52,771 bases of DNA from an uncultured Bacillales bacterium (GTDB taxonomy: Bacteria > Bacillota_I > Bacilli_A > RF39 > UBA660), in the NCBI GenBank assembly GCA_947089915.1, contig CAMUMB010000002.1:1-52771 (forward strand), in the 5' to 3' direction. Below are positions 45,024-52,771 of this stretch, one piece after another (position 1 is the first letter of the stretch; every line of letters begins with the position of its first letter). The position numbers were made by a program, and so were the translations under genes. A model generated the notes under the pieces. It was not told the DNA's origin, made no database searches, and worked only from the letters and a program-made list of their open reading frames with translations.

Positions 45024-45347
45024 TTATACTTGCGTTTTATAATAGTCCCCAAATGAGGCCATAACTTCTAGCATTTTACTTAATTTTAGTCCTAAGTCTG
45101 TCATTCCATACTCAACCTTAGGGGGATTCGTCTTATAATCTTTCCTAAAAATGATTCCATCTCCTTCTAGTTGTCTTAAATTATCTGTTAATACTTTTTG
45201 AGATATACCATCTAATGATTTCAATAATTCATTAAACCTCCAAGTTCGATTCATCAAATTTCTTATAATTAATAACTTCCATTTGCTTCCTATTAAAGTT
45301 ACTGTAGTGGCAACTGGGCATTCTGGTAAATCCTTCATTTTTTTCAT
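45024..45347 (-). CDS. HxlR-family transcriptional regulator
   Basis: CPVATTVTLIGSKWKLLIIRNL....RFNEL...L.GISQKVLTDNLRQLE.DGI..R.........VEY..T.LG. Confidence 0.88.
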   Translation of the reverse strand: MKKMKDLPECPVATTVTLIGSKWKLLIIRNLMNRTWRFNELLKSLDGISQKVLTDNLRQLEGDGIIFRKDYKTNPPKVEYGMTDLGLKLSKMLEVMASFGDYYKTQV

Positions 45348-45474
45348 ACATTCATCTCCTCAATTTATTTCATTATACTACACATGATAAAATAAATACA
45401 CAGTTACTTTAAAGTGCGTACTTGTTTTACTAAAATACTATAGTAAAATATAAGTCAAGAAGGAGGAATTTAAA

Positions 45475-45828
45475 ATGACAAATTATAAGAAGGTAAGTGT
45501 TGAAAATGCCCCAAGGGTAGAATTACACGACCAACTAGAATTAACCGGAGCAGAGATTAGCTATAATACCATTGATGCTGGAGGATGTGTCCCTTTTATT
45601 CATTCTCATAAACAAAATGAGGAAATATATTATATCCTCTCTGGATCAGGTAAAGCAATTATTGATAATGATGAAATTGATTTAGTTGCTGGAGACTTTA
45701 TAAAAATATCGCCAAATGGTGCAAGACAATTCTTTGCTTCTAAAGAGAATTCTATTTCTTACATCTGTATTCAAGTAAAAGAGAATTCTCTTGAAGAATT
45801 TACTGCAAACGATGCAATCATAAAATAA
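45475..45828 (+). CDS. cupin-domain protein
   Basis: GGCVPFIHSHKQNEEIYYILSGSG ... GDFIKISPNGARQF are cupin motifs 1 and 2. A terminator hairpin follows at about 45833-45868. Confidence 0.8.
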   Translation: MTNYKKVSVENAPRVELHDQLELTGAEISYNTIDAGGCVPFIHSHKQNEEIYYILSGSGKAIIDNDEIDLVAGDFIKISPNGARQFFASKENSISYICIQVKENSLEEFTANDAIIK

Positions 45829-45880
45829 TAGAAAAACCTCTAATGGGAAAGCCTTAGAAGTTTTTTGTATTTTTAATTTA

Positions 45881-46324
45881 TTAATCTAACCTCATATATA
45901 AAGTTGGATAAGGATTTCCTTGTTCATCTAATTCACTTCTTTTATAAGTTTGAAATCCCATATGTTCATAGAATCCAAGTGCATACGGATTTTGCTCATT
46001 TACCGCTAACTCATTCACATTATACTTTTCTATACCATAGTTTAATAATTGTTTCCCCAATCCCTTTCTTCTTTCACTATTTTTGATAAATAACATTTCT
46101 AACTTTGTATCTTCTATCCCCATAAAAGCAATTGGTTTATGATTTTCATTTTCTATAATGATTAAATGCGATACTCCTTTTAATGCCTGAGGCACATATT
46201 CTTTTATATTTTTTATTTCTTCACTAGATAGGAATAAATGTGTTGCTTTTACGGAATTTTCCCATACTTCTAATAATTCATTTATAAGTAGTGTTGTTCT
46301 ATCCTTTACTTCGATTATTTTCAT
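45881..46324 (-). CDS. GNAT-family N-acetyltransferase
   Basis: Motif A region LFIKNSERRKGLGKQLLNYG and C-terminal A..FYE..GF. Confidence 0.85.
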   Translation of the reverse strand: MKIIEVKDRTTLLINELLEVWENSVKATHLFLSSEEIKNIKEYVPQALKGVSHLIIIENENHKPIAFMGIEDTKLEMLFIKNSERRKGLGKQLLNYGIEKYNVNELAVNEQNPYALGFYEHMGFQTYKRSELDEQGNPYPTLYMRLD

Positions 46325-46358
46325 TTTTCATATTCCCTTCAAAATATAATTTATAAAA

Positions 46359-46985
46359 TTAATAATCTTTCCAAAACTCATAAATTATATTGGAAAGTTC
46401 CTTTGGATTATCCCTATTCACTTCATGGGATGAATTCCATATGATTTTTAATTTACTGTTTTTTATACTTTTATTCAATAATTTAGCACTTTTCATATTG
46501 ACATTATCCTTAGCGCCACATACAATTAGACTTTTACATTTTATTTTATCCAAATAATCAGCAAAATCAAGTTTACCCATGGAATGGACAAGAGCAATAA
46601 ATTGCCTTTTCGAACAACCCATTTTTTCAAATGTTCTTTTTGGCATTATATGAAATATGAAACTTTGTATTTTAAAAAATGCTTTTGGTATTTTATATGG
46701 TGTACCGATTAAAATGATAGAGTTTACCTTTTCTGGATACTCTTTTACAAAATCTAACGCTAATATTCCACCTAAAGATAGACCACATAAATTGAGTTTT
46801 CCTTCTTGTCGATTACAAAAAGTGGAAAACGCATGATACATAGCTTCATAATTTCCTAAAGTAGTAGCAGTTATTTCAAATAAATTAGGACATATCGTAT
46901 CCATTCCATTCTTCTTTAAATAATTACTAGTTTCATGCCAACTCTCACTATTTTGTCCCAATCCATGTACTAAAATATTTTTCAT
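46359..46985 (-). CDS. alpha/beta hydrolase
   Basis: HGLGQN near the N-terminus, nucleophile elbow GLSLGG, C-terminal SSHEV (His). Confidence 0.8.
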   Translation of the reverse strand: MKNILVHGLGQNSESWHETSNYLKKNGMDTICPNLFEITATTLGNYEAMYHAFSTFCNRQEGKLNLCGLSLGGILALDFVKEYPEKVNSIILIGTPYKIPKAFFKIQSFIFHIMPKRTFEKMGCSKRQFIALVHSMGKLDFADYLDKIKCKSLIVCGAKDNVNMKSAKLLNKSIKNSKLKIIWNSSHEVNRDNPKELSNIIYEFWKDY

Positions 46986-47782
46986 ACGAATAGCCTCTTT
47001 TTACGAAAAAATTGTTTGCATGATAGATAGATTGCAATTACTATCATTACTGCAGCGCAGATAATATTTGGAATATTATTATCATTATTGGGAATATCTA
47101 ATACTTTTGCACACACTGGATTCGTAAATATGGTAATAAATGATACCATAAGCAAACAAATAGAAACTTTGTATAAAAGAGCAATTTTAGTAAATGTACA
47201 GATAAAAATAGAAATCCATAAAAATAGAAAAACAAATGAGGCAATTAGAAAACTCCCTAATAGCCAGTTTCCATTATATACATAATTTATCGTAAACAAT
47301 AACAAATACACCAAAAATGTAACAATAAGAGAAATTTTTGAAAACCTATACTTATTATTTTTTAGATAAAAGGGAACTGTGGTTAAAGTAAAGGAAATCA
47401 AAATTCCTAGCAATACAATTAAAAACCAAGACAATTTATGATCTATCACTAAATTACAAATAAAACAGGTAATCATTCCAATCAAATATCCAAAGTTTAT
47501 CATATAGAAGAACCATTTTTTAATCGTTCTATACTTTTTTACTTCCCTTTTTTCTTTGTTCATAGCTTCATCATCACAAGCAGTAAAGAATTCGTGCTCT
47601 GAAATATTTAATTCTTTACATAAATTGGTGATAACGGTTATATCAGGGTAAGTGATTCCTCGTTCCCATTTTGATATTGCGGTAGTATGACAATATAATT
47701 TATTTGCTAATTCCTCTTGTGTTAAATTGGCTTTTTTCCTCTTTTCGGCAATATATTTCCCAAAACTTTTTTTATCCTGCAT
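46982..47782 (-). CDS. membrane-tethered XRE-family regulator
   Basis: LTQEELANKLYCHTTAISKWERG HTH followed by about 6 TM helices. Overlaps the hydrolase gene by 4 nt. Confidence 0.75.
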   Translation of the reverse strand: MQDKKSFGKYIAEKRKKANLTQEELANKLYCHTTAISKWERGITYPDITVITNLCKELNISEHEFFTACDDEAMNKEKREVKKYRTIKKWFFYMINFGYLIGMITCFICNLVIDHKLSWFLIVLLGILISFTLTTVPFYLKNNKYRFSKISLIVTFLVYLLLFTINYVYNGNWLLGSFLIASFVFLFLWISIFICTFTKIALLYKVSICLLMVSFITIFTNPVCAKVLDIPNNDNNIPNIICAAVMIVIAIYLSCKQFFRKKRLFV

Positions 47783-47904
47783 AAAATAATTCTCCTTTCA
47801 AGAACTATTTTATTCTCTATAGCAATTTATTGCAATAGCTCGTTAAGCCACCTAAAAATTGGAAATTTACTTAATTTTCTCTTTCTTTTATAAAAATCTT
47901 TAGT

Positions 47905-48039
47905 TCAGGACCCAGCATAAATAATGTTGTTACAAGCTTTTTTTATCTTTTCTATAACTCCTTCAAACTTTCTCCACTCTACATATTCTAAAGCTTTTTG
48001 TAACTCTCTAGCAAACCAATACTCATTTCCATTGAACCA
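47905..48039 (-). pseudogene. fragment of a DinD/Bro-N-like gene
   Basis: WFNGNEYWFARELQKALEYVEWRKFEGVIEKIKKACNN resembles the N-terminal region of DNA-damage-inducible protein D (from memory). There is no start codon and the fragment is cut off after about 45 codons. Confidence 0.35.
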
Positions 48040-48318
48040 ATATGTTTTATATGTTCAAAAGTAATATTTTCTTTACAATTTTATTTAAGTTATTTTTCCC
48101 TTATATAAATATAATACTATAAATTCAAGCTAATTTCCTCTAAAAACATTTAAAAATTTTACAACAGGATATGAAAAAACGCCACGAAGCATTTCACACT
48201 TGCAAATGTATGTACAATTTTAACTTTTAGCTGAAAAAGATATATCTTTATCTGGAATTCTTATCTTACTTAAAAATTTTTTTCATAATATAAACTTTCC
48301 TCTACAAATTGGGATTTA

Positions 48319-48873
48319 CTAATATCTATCTTTATAAATTTCTTTAGCTTTATCAACGACTGCATTAATAAATTTGGTTTTACCATCTGTATATAAATCT
48401 CTGTTTGGTTTAAATTGATTATACAATTCTAATTTTAACTTTTCATATTCCTTAGATTTATCTAGATTATCATTAAGATAATCTCTAAAATATAACTCAT
48501 CACAATCCCCATAATTTTTTATATGTAGATGAAATACTTTGTCATCATACCCATTTATAGTATATCCTTTATTAAATGATATTTTGTTTATATTTTCATT
48601 CATTAGAAGATAATTATTATTAAGCAATATATCTTTTACAATATCCTTATTATCAAAATCTATTTCAATTAAAATATCAATAATAGGTTTTGTTTTTATA
48701 TTTTTAATTGAAGTACTACCTATATGACTTATTCTCTTAATATAATTACCTAGTAAGAATTTTAAATTGTGTTCTTCTTCTAAATAGACATTTTTAAAAT
48801 TAGTATTTGAATCAACAAAAGTGATAGGGAATAAATTCCATAGTTCCTCTAAAGTCATATCTTTTAAATTCAT
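48319..48873 (-). CDS. GrpB-family (UPF0157) protein
   Basis: ISHIGSTSIKNIKTKPIIDILIEI and HLHI motifs. Start placed at ATG 48873, because the track start is TTG. Confidence 0.7.
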   Translation of the reverse strand: MNLKDMTLEELWNLFPITFVDSNTNFKNVYLEEEHNLKFLLGNYIKRISHIGSTSIKNIKTKPIIDILIEIDFDNKDIVKDILLNNNYLLMNENINKISFNKGYTINGYDDKVFHLHIKNYGDCDELYFRDYLNDNLDKSKEYEKLKLELYNQFKPNRDLYTDGKTKFINAVVDKAKEIYKDRY

Positions 48874-48905
48874 AGCACATCTCACTTTCAAAGTGTAATT
48901 TACAA

Positions 48906-49325
48906 TTACTTAATATCAAAATTTTCTGTTTTCAGATCACTATAATATCTACCACTTGTTGCAGTAAATTTTAAAACACAATAATCTGGATCGGTTACAC
49001 CTTTTTTATAAAACATTGTATCTCCCTTTTCCCAAATCATATTTTTCGTTTCTTGATCTGTTAGAACTTCCATTTTTCCTTTTAGCATAACACCAACATA
49101 CTTAATTAATCCTTTGTGATAAAAGTAAATACTAGCATTTGAATTCTCCTTATAATGACTAACCCTCATAGATGAAGTATTAGTCGAAAAGTAAAATTCT
49201 TTTAGTGCAATTCTTTTTCTAGGTCTTAACATTGCTTTTACGTTAGGGTAATTTTCATCATCGATAGAACATATAAAACTAACTTTTTGTTTATCAATAA
49301 ATTTCTCAATTTTCTTTAAATCCAT
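48906..49325 (-). CDS. pyridoxamine 5'-phosphate oxidase-family (general stress protein 26-like) protein
   Basis: Split-barrel pattern SFICSIDDENYPNVKAM... and size of about 140 aa. Confidence 0.65.
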   Translation of the reverse strand: MDLKKIEKFIDKQKVSFICSIDDENYPNVKAMLRPRKRIALKEFYFSTNTSSMRVSHYKENSNASIYFYHKGLIKYVGVMLKGKMEVLTDQETKNMIWEKGDTMFYKKGVTDPDYCVLKFTATSGRYYSDLKTENFDIK

Positions 49326-49463
49326 AATTCTTCATCTCACTTTTAAATTACTATTTTTTGTTTTGTTTACATGGAACATTATAGCATAATAAAAGCAAAT
49401 CTACTATACTCTTTGATTTGCTTTCAAACTTATTAATAGAAATGAAGTATCTTTTGAAATTTT

Positions 49464-49973
49464 TTAACCCTTCTTTCGCGTCCATACAATTCCAATGATT
49501 GATAGAATAAGAATAATTGGCGCTAATCTAACGAATCCCCATTCAAACGCGTGAAAAGCAACCCCTAAAACAGCATTTTCAGGATTATTATAATCCCAAT
49601 TCAAATAAGGACTATTGAATAAGATTAACGAGATGAAAATTAGTATTGTAATTGCACATAATGAAATGAGTAACCAGTGAATCAATTTCCTTCTCGCATT
49701 CCTTCTTTGCAATAATTGAAAATTTATGATTTCTAATTTTTCAGAAATTGCTTTCAAATCATCTACTTTAGACTCTGAAATATTTTCCCTAAGCAAAGTG
49801 CTTACTGGTGTTTCAAGGGCTTCCGATATCGACACTAACATTTCAGAATCAGGAACTGAGAGTCCAGTCTCCCATTTCGAAATTGTTTGTCTTACAACAT
49901 TTAACTTGATAGCAAATTCCTCTTGTGAAAGTCCTTTTGATTTTCGAATTGTTTTAATATTTTGATTTAACAT
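49464..49973 (-). CDS. membrane-tethered XRE-family regulator
   Basis: Start ATG 49973 behind AAAGGAG. LSQEEFAIKLNVVRQTISKWETG HTH followed by 2 TM helices. Confidence 0.75.
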   Translation of the reverse strand: MLNQNIKTIRKSKGLSQEEFAIKLNVVRQTISKWETGLSVPDSEMLVSISEALETPVSTLLRENISESKVDDLKAISEKLEIINFQLLQRRNARRKLIHWLLISLCAITILIFISLILFNSPYLNWDYNNPENAVLGVAFHAFEWGFVRLAPIILILSIIGIVWTRKKG

Positions 49974-50075
49974 TTTGAACAACTCCTTTCTTTACAAATC
50001 ATTATATAAAGAATAGCCCGTTGCTACAAGCAATGTTTATTAACATCTGAGATTATAACATAACTATTTTGTAAA

Positions 50076-50526
50076 CTACTTAATCTTACAAATTGGATGT
50101 CTTATAACTGTCCTTAATTTACTTACATCACATTTTCTTGGATCACTTAAATATATTTCGTGATGTAATCTTATATCTGTTATATCTAATTCGTATCCAT
50201 TTTCTTTCATATATTCATGCATGGAATGAACCGTTGTAGGCTCATCATCATAACTGCCAATATGCATACATTGCACACAAACTCCCTCATCATAAGTAAA
50301 AAATTCAACTTTTGAAAAATCTTGTTTTTTCTTTTTCGTAGATAGCCCAGTCAAAATCTTCCTTTGATACAAAATCTGGTAATCGAATTACAGAAGTAAA
50401 ATGAAACTTATCCTTACTTTTATAATCTATTCCCAATTGATTTCCATCTTGCCACCAAAATCCTTCTAATGGTGGTACAACATATTCAGAATAACCATCT
50501 ATTTTATGTGTTCCTTTATAACTCAT
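50076..50526 (-). pseudogene. GyrI-like small-molecule-binding domain gene, frameshifted and 5'-truncated
   Basis: Two overlapping ORFs (50305-50526 and 50076-50372) are colinear with one GyrI-like protein (..VVPPLEGFWWQ..VIRLPDFV..DFDWAI | KKKKQDFSKVEF..DEG.CVQCMHIGSYDDEP..HHEIYLSD). The frame change is near 50350. A stop lies just upstream of the first Met, so the N-terminal 60 or so codons are missing. Confidence 0.7.
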
Positions 50527-50818
50527 TTTGATAGTAAAAGCAAATCATCTATTATCTCTAATTCACTATACCTCATATTTTGATTTGCAATGCATTTCCA
50601 ATCGCAAATGGTATAATTTCAATAACAACCAATAAATTTTTAACCAATCTTGCATAGGAGCAAGTGCAACAAGCAATATGTATGCAAACATAACGATAGA
50701 TACAATAACACCAATAAATATTTCCATTAATCGTAATTTATTTTTCCCTCATAACTATCATATAGTAAATGTAACTTTCGTTTTTGTTAGTTAATTCACA
50801 ATATTTTCTAAATAACAA

Positions 50819-51424
50819 TTAATTTAATGAATTAACAATAAAATCTACTACATCATCTTCGCTTACTTTTATCTTTTCTTTATCTTCGTCGGTCGCATCT
50901 GTTAGATATTTATCGATTATTTTTAGTTTTGTAATTGAATTTAATGGATAACCAGGATTCAATGTTTGAGAAACTTGATCCACCATATATATATTTGTCT
51001 TTTCCCAAGTGTATTCAAATTCTTCGCCATTTTCGTTTATAACAACCATCCCATAAACCCACTTAGCATTTAAAATTCCATTAACACCATATTCTTTTAC
51101 TAATTCTAAATAATGTTCTATCATTTCTTCATCATTTAACTCGCGACCATTAACCCTTCTTACATACAAACCTGGTTGTTTTTCTTCTGGAACACCTTCT
51201 AAATATAAAGTGTCATCCATTCCCATTGATGGTCTATTTGTAAGCTTAAATAGTTCTCGAGCTTTAATTCTTGCATTTTCAATTGCTGTAATTCCATTTT
51301 CTTCAACATCTAATTTTATGCCTATATCTTTTAAAGTAAGTGTTTTTATATCATGTTTTAAAAGTTCCTTTTCAAATCTTTTTCCTTTTGATATATTTCC
51401 TGTTGCAAATAGAATTTCTTTCAT
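50819..51424 (-). CDS. Ham1/RdgB-like non-canonical purine NTP pyrophosphatase
   Basis: Start MKEILFATGN (ATG 51424) behind AAAGGAGA. ILFATGN..K..E motif at the N-terminus. Confidence 0.65.
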   Translation of the reverse strand: MKEILFATGNISKGKRFEKELLKHDIKTLTLKDIGIKLDVEENGITAIENARIKARELFKLTNRPSMGMDDTLYLEGVPEEKQPGLYVRRVNGRELNDEEMIEHYLELVKEYGVNGILNAKWVYGMVVINENGEEFEYTWEKTNIYMVDQVSQTLNPGYPLNSITKLKIIDKYLTDATDEDKEKIKVSEDDVVDFIVNSLN

Positions 51425-51604
51425 AATCATTCTCCTTTATAACTTACTATTTGTATATAACTTCAATAATCTAATTATACACCTTTTTAAGTAATTTTAA
51501 AACATATAAACAAAAACAGCAGGATAAAAACTGAAAGCTCTCATAGTGGGCTACCTGTGGGCCACGAACCAAATTTAATGAGGTTTAGGTATATTCTTAC
51601 GCAA

Positions 51605-51629
51605 AGAAAAAACCCATAAACATTGGGTT
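51605..51629 (-). terminator. rho-independent terminator after rpsI
   Basis: Minus strand AACCCAatgtttatTGGGTT followed by TTTTTTC. Confidence 0.75.
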
Positions 51630-51654
51630 TATAAGGATTGAATATTGGTAAATC

Positions 51655-52065
51655 CTATCTCTTAGAGAATTGTGGAGCACGACGTGCAGCTTTTAATCCT
51701 GGTTTTTTACGTTCTTTACTTCTTGCATCTCTTGTAATAAATCCAGCTCTTTTTAACACACTTCTATAGCTTCCTTCGTTTTCAGCATTTGGTGCATCAT
51801 ACTCTAATAATGCTCTTGTGATACCTAAACGAATTGCGCCTGTTTGTCCAGTAAATCCACCACCAGATACTTTGACATCAATATCAAATGTTTCTTCATT
51901 ATTTGTAAGAGTCAGAGGTTGCATTAAATCCATAACATTGGTTTCATATGGAAAGAATTCTCTCACATCTCTACCATTTACAGTAATTTTACCTTTTCCT
52001 GGAGTCATCTTTACTTGCGCAACAGATGATTTTCTTCTACCAGTTCCAATATAAACTTTTGCCAT
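51655..52065 (-). CDS. rpsI: 30S ribosomal protein S9
   Basis: GTGRRK..VA.V...PG.G.I.VN...., C-terminal [21 protein letters not shown]. Confidence 0.97.
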   Translation of the reverse strand: MAKVYIGTGRRKSSVAQVKMTPGKGKITVNGRDVREFFPYETNVMDLMQPLTLTNNEETFDIDVKVSGGGFTGQTGAIRLGITRALLEYDAPNAENEGSYRSVLKRAGFITRDARSKERKKPGLKAARRAPQFSKR

Positions 52066-52076
52066 TTACAAACCTC

Positions 52077-52508
52077 CTATTTCGTATACTCAACAGGTTG
52101 TTGAGCAGCATGTGGATGTTCAGCACCCTCATACACAAATAATTTTTTATACATTTGACGTCCAAGTCTTCCTTTTGGAAGCATACCTTTTACAGCTCTT
52201 TCAATCATTTCAACTGGATAATTTTCTTTCATTTCACGTGCAGTTCTCTCTCTAAGACCACCTGTATAACCACTATGGTTATAATAAATTTTGTCATCTA
52301 ACTTGTTTCCTGTTAGATTTACTTTTGAAGCATTTACAACAATTACATAGTCACCACAGTCCACATGAGGTGTAAAAGTTGGTTTATGCTTACCTCTTAA
52401 GATATGCGCTACTTTAGTAGCTACACGTCCAAGATTTTGACCTTCCGCATTGATGACATACCAATTACGTACTACGTCTTCTTTCTTTTGCATATATGTG
52501 TTTTTCAT
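52077..52508 (-). CDS. rplM: 50S ribosomal protein L13
   Basis: Start MKNTYM (ATG 52508) behind GAAAGGGA. W.VI.A.GQ.LGR.A..VA..LRGKHKP.FTPH.D.GD.V.V.NA.K. Conserved rplM-rpsI order. Confidence 0.97.
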   Translation of the reverse strand: MKNTYMQKKEDVVRNWYVINAEGQNLGRVATKVAHILRGKHKPTFTPHVDCGDYVIVVNASKVNLTGNKLDDKIYYNHSGYTGGLRERTAREMKENYPVEMIERAVKGMLPKGRLGRQMYKKLFVYEGAEHPHAAQQPVEYTK

Positions 52509-52771
52509 AACTATTTCCCTTTCTAATATATAATATTTTGAAATAAGTGTTCCCAATACTTATTTCTTTGGGATAATAAAATGTACCAATTAAGATTGTA
52601 CTAAAAATTATATGAAAAGTCAACGAGAATTATGCGATTTCATATGTTTTTACACAAAAATATTAATACATTTCAAATACAAATATTTTTATAAATAACT
52701 TAAATTAACATAACCCCCGGAGTTTGGCAGTTACTTCTTTTTTAAATATAAAGTATACCCTTTTTACATAA

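Noticed and set aside
44858-45052. 64-aa hydrophobic ORF overlapping the 3' end of the HxlR gene by 29 nt.
   Set aside because: It has a TTG start and no RBS. It could be a real small membrane protein, but I cannot support it.
50300-50375. Programmed frameshift in the GyrI-like gene.
   Set aside because: There is no slippery heptamer or downstream structure. The gene is also truncated at its 5' end by an upstream stop, so decay is the simpler explanation.

Overview
This is a low-GC chromosome segment from a spore-forming Firmicute. The lineage cannot be fixed without a search. All family calls come from motifs read by eye, because no homology search was possible. The left edge is the 5' end of a minus-strand 16S rRNA gene with two tandem near-consensus promoters. 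The right edge is rplM-rpsI. Most genes lie on the minus strand.

Gene content by region:
- 0.4-13 kb holds core envelope and housekeeping genes: a DUF402 phosphatase, an S41 Ctp protease, cdaA-cdaR, trmL, an orphan Clp-D1-like AAA+ ATPase, thioredoxin-fold lipoproteins, a LysM protein and a patatin.
- 13-24.6 kb mixes spore genes (CotY/CotZ-like, cwlJ, an Amidase_3-LysM protein) with accessory items. These are a nonsense-mutated PD-(D/E)XK nuclease gene, a tRNA-Trp with a diverged 5'-half copy and a small islet, and an Abi_2 gene wedged in front of htrA.
- 34.8-41.8 kb holds a collagen-like BclA-type gene and an hsp20 gene behind a consensus promoter overlapped by a CIRCE-like palindrome. It also holds a decayed IS200, a five-gene cluster (a secreted protein, three polytopic membrane proteins and an ABC ATPase) that looks like a bacteriocin/immunity locus, and a beta-helix surface protein.
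- 42.8-51.4 kb is an accessory stretch with three membrane-tethered XRE regulators, small enzymes and several gene remnants.

Main finding: the germination amidase gene cwlD is split in frame at its DPGH|GG zinc-site codons by a 9,445-bp element (25140-34589). The element is bounded by a 5-bp GTGGC core. It carries a large serine recombinase, a MobV relaxase, oriT-like sites, RepA_N-like and XRE regulators and a cargo operon. This is the layout of a sporulation-gene intervening element, but the insert is an integrative mobilizable element rather than a prophage relic.

I saw no CRISPR array, reverse transcriptase or phage structural genes.
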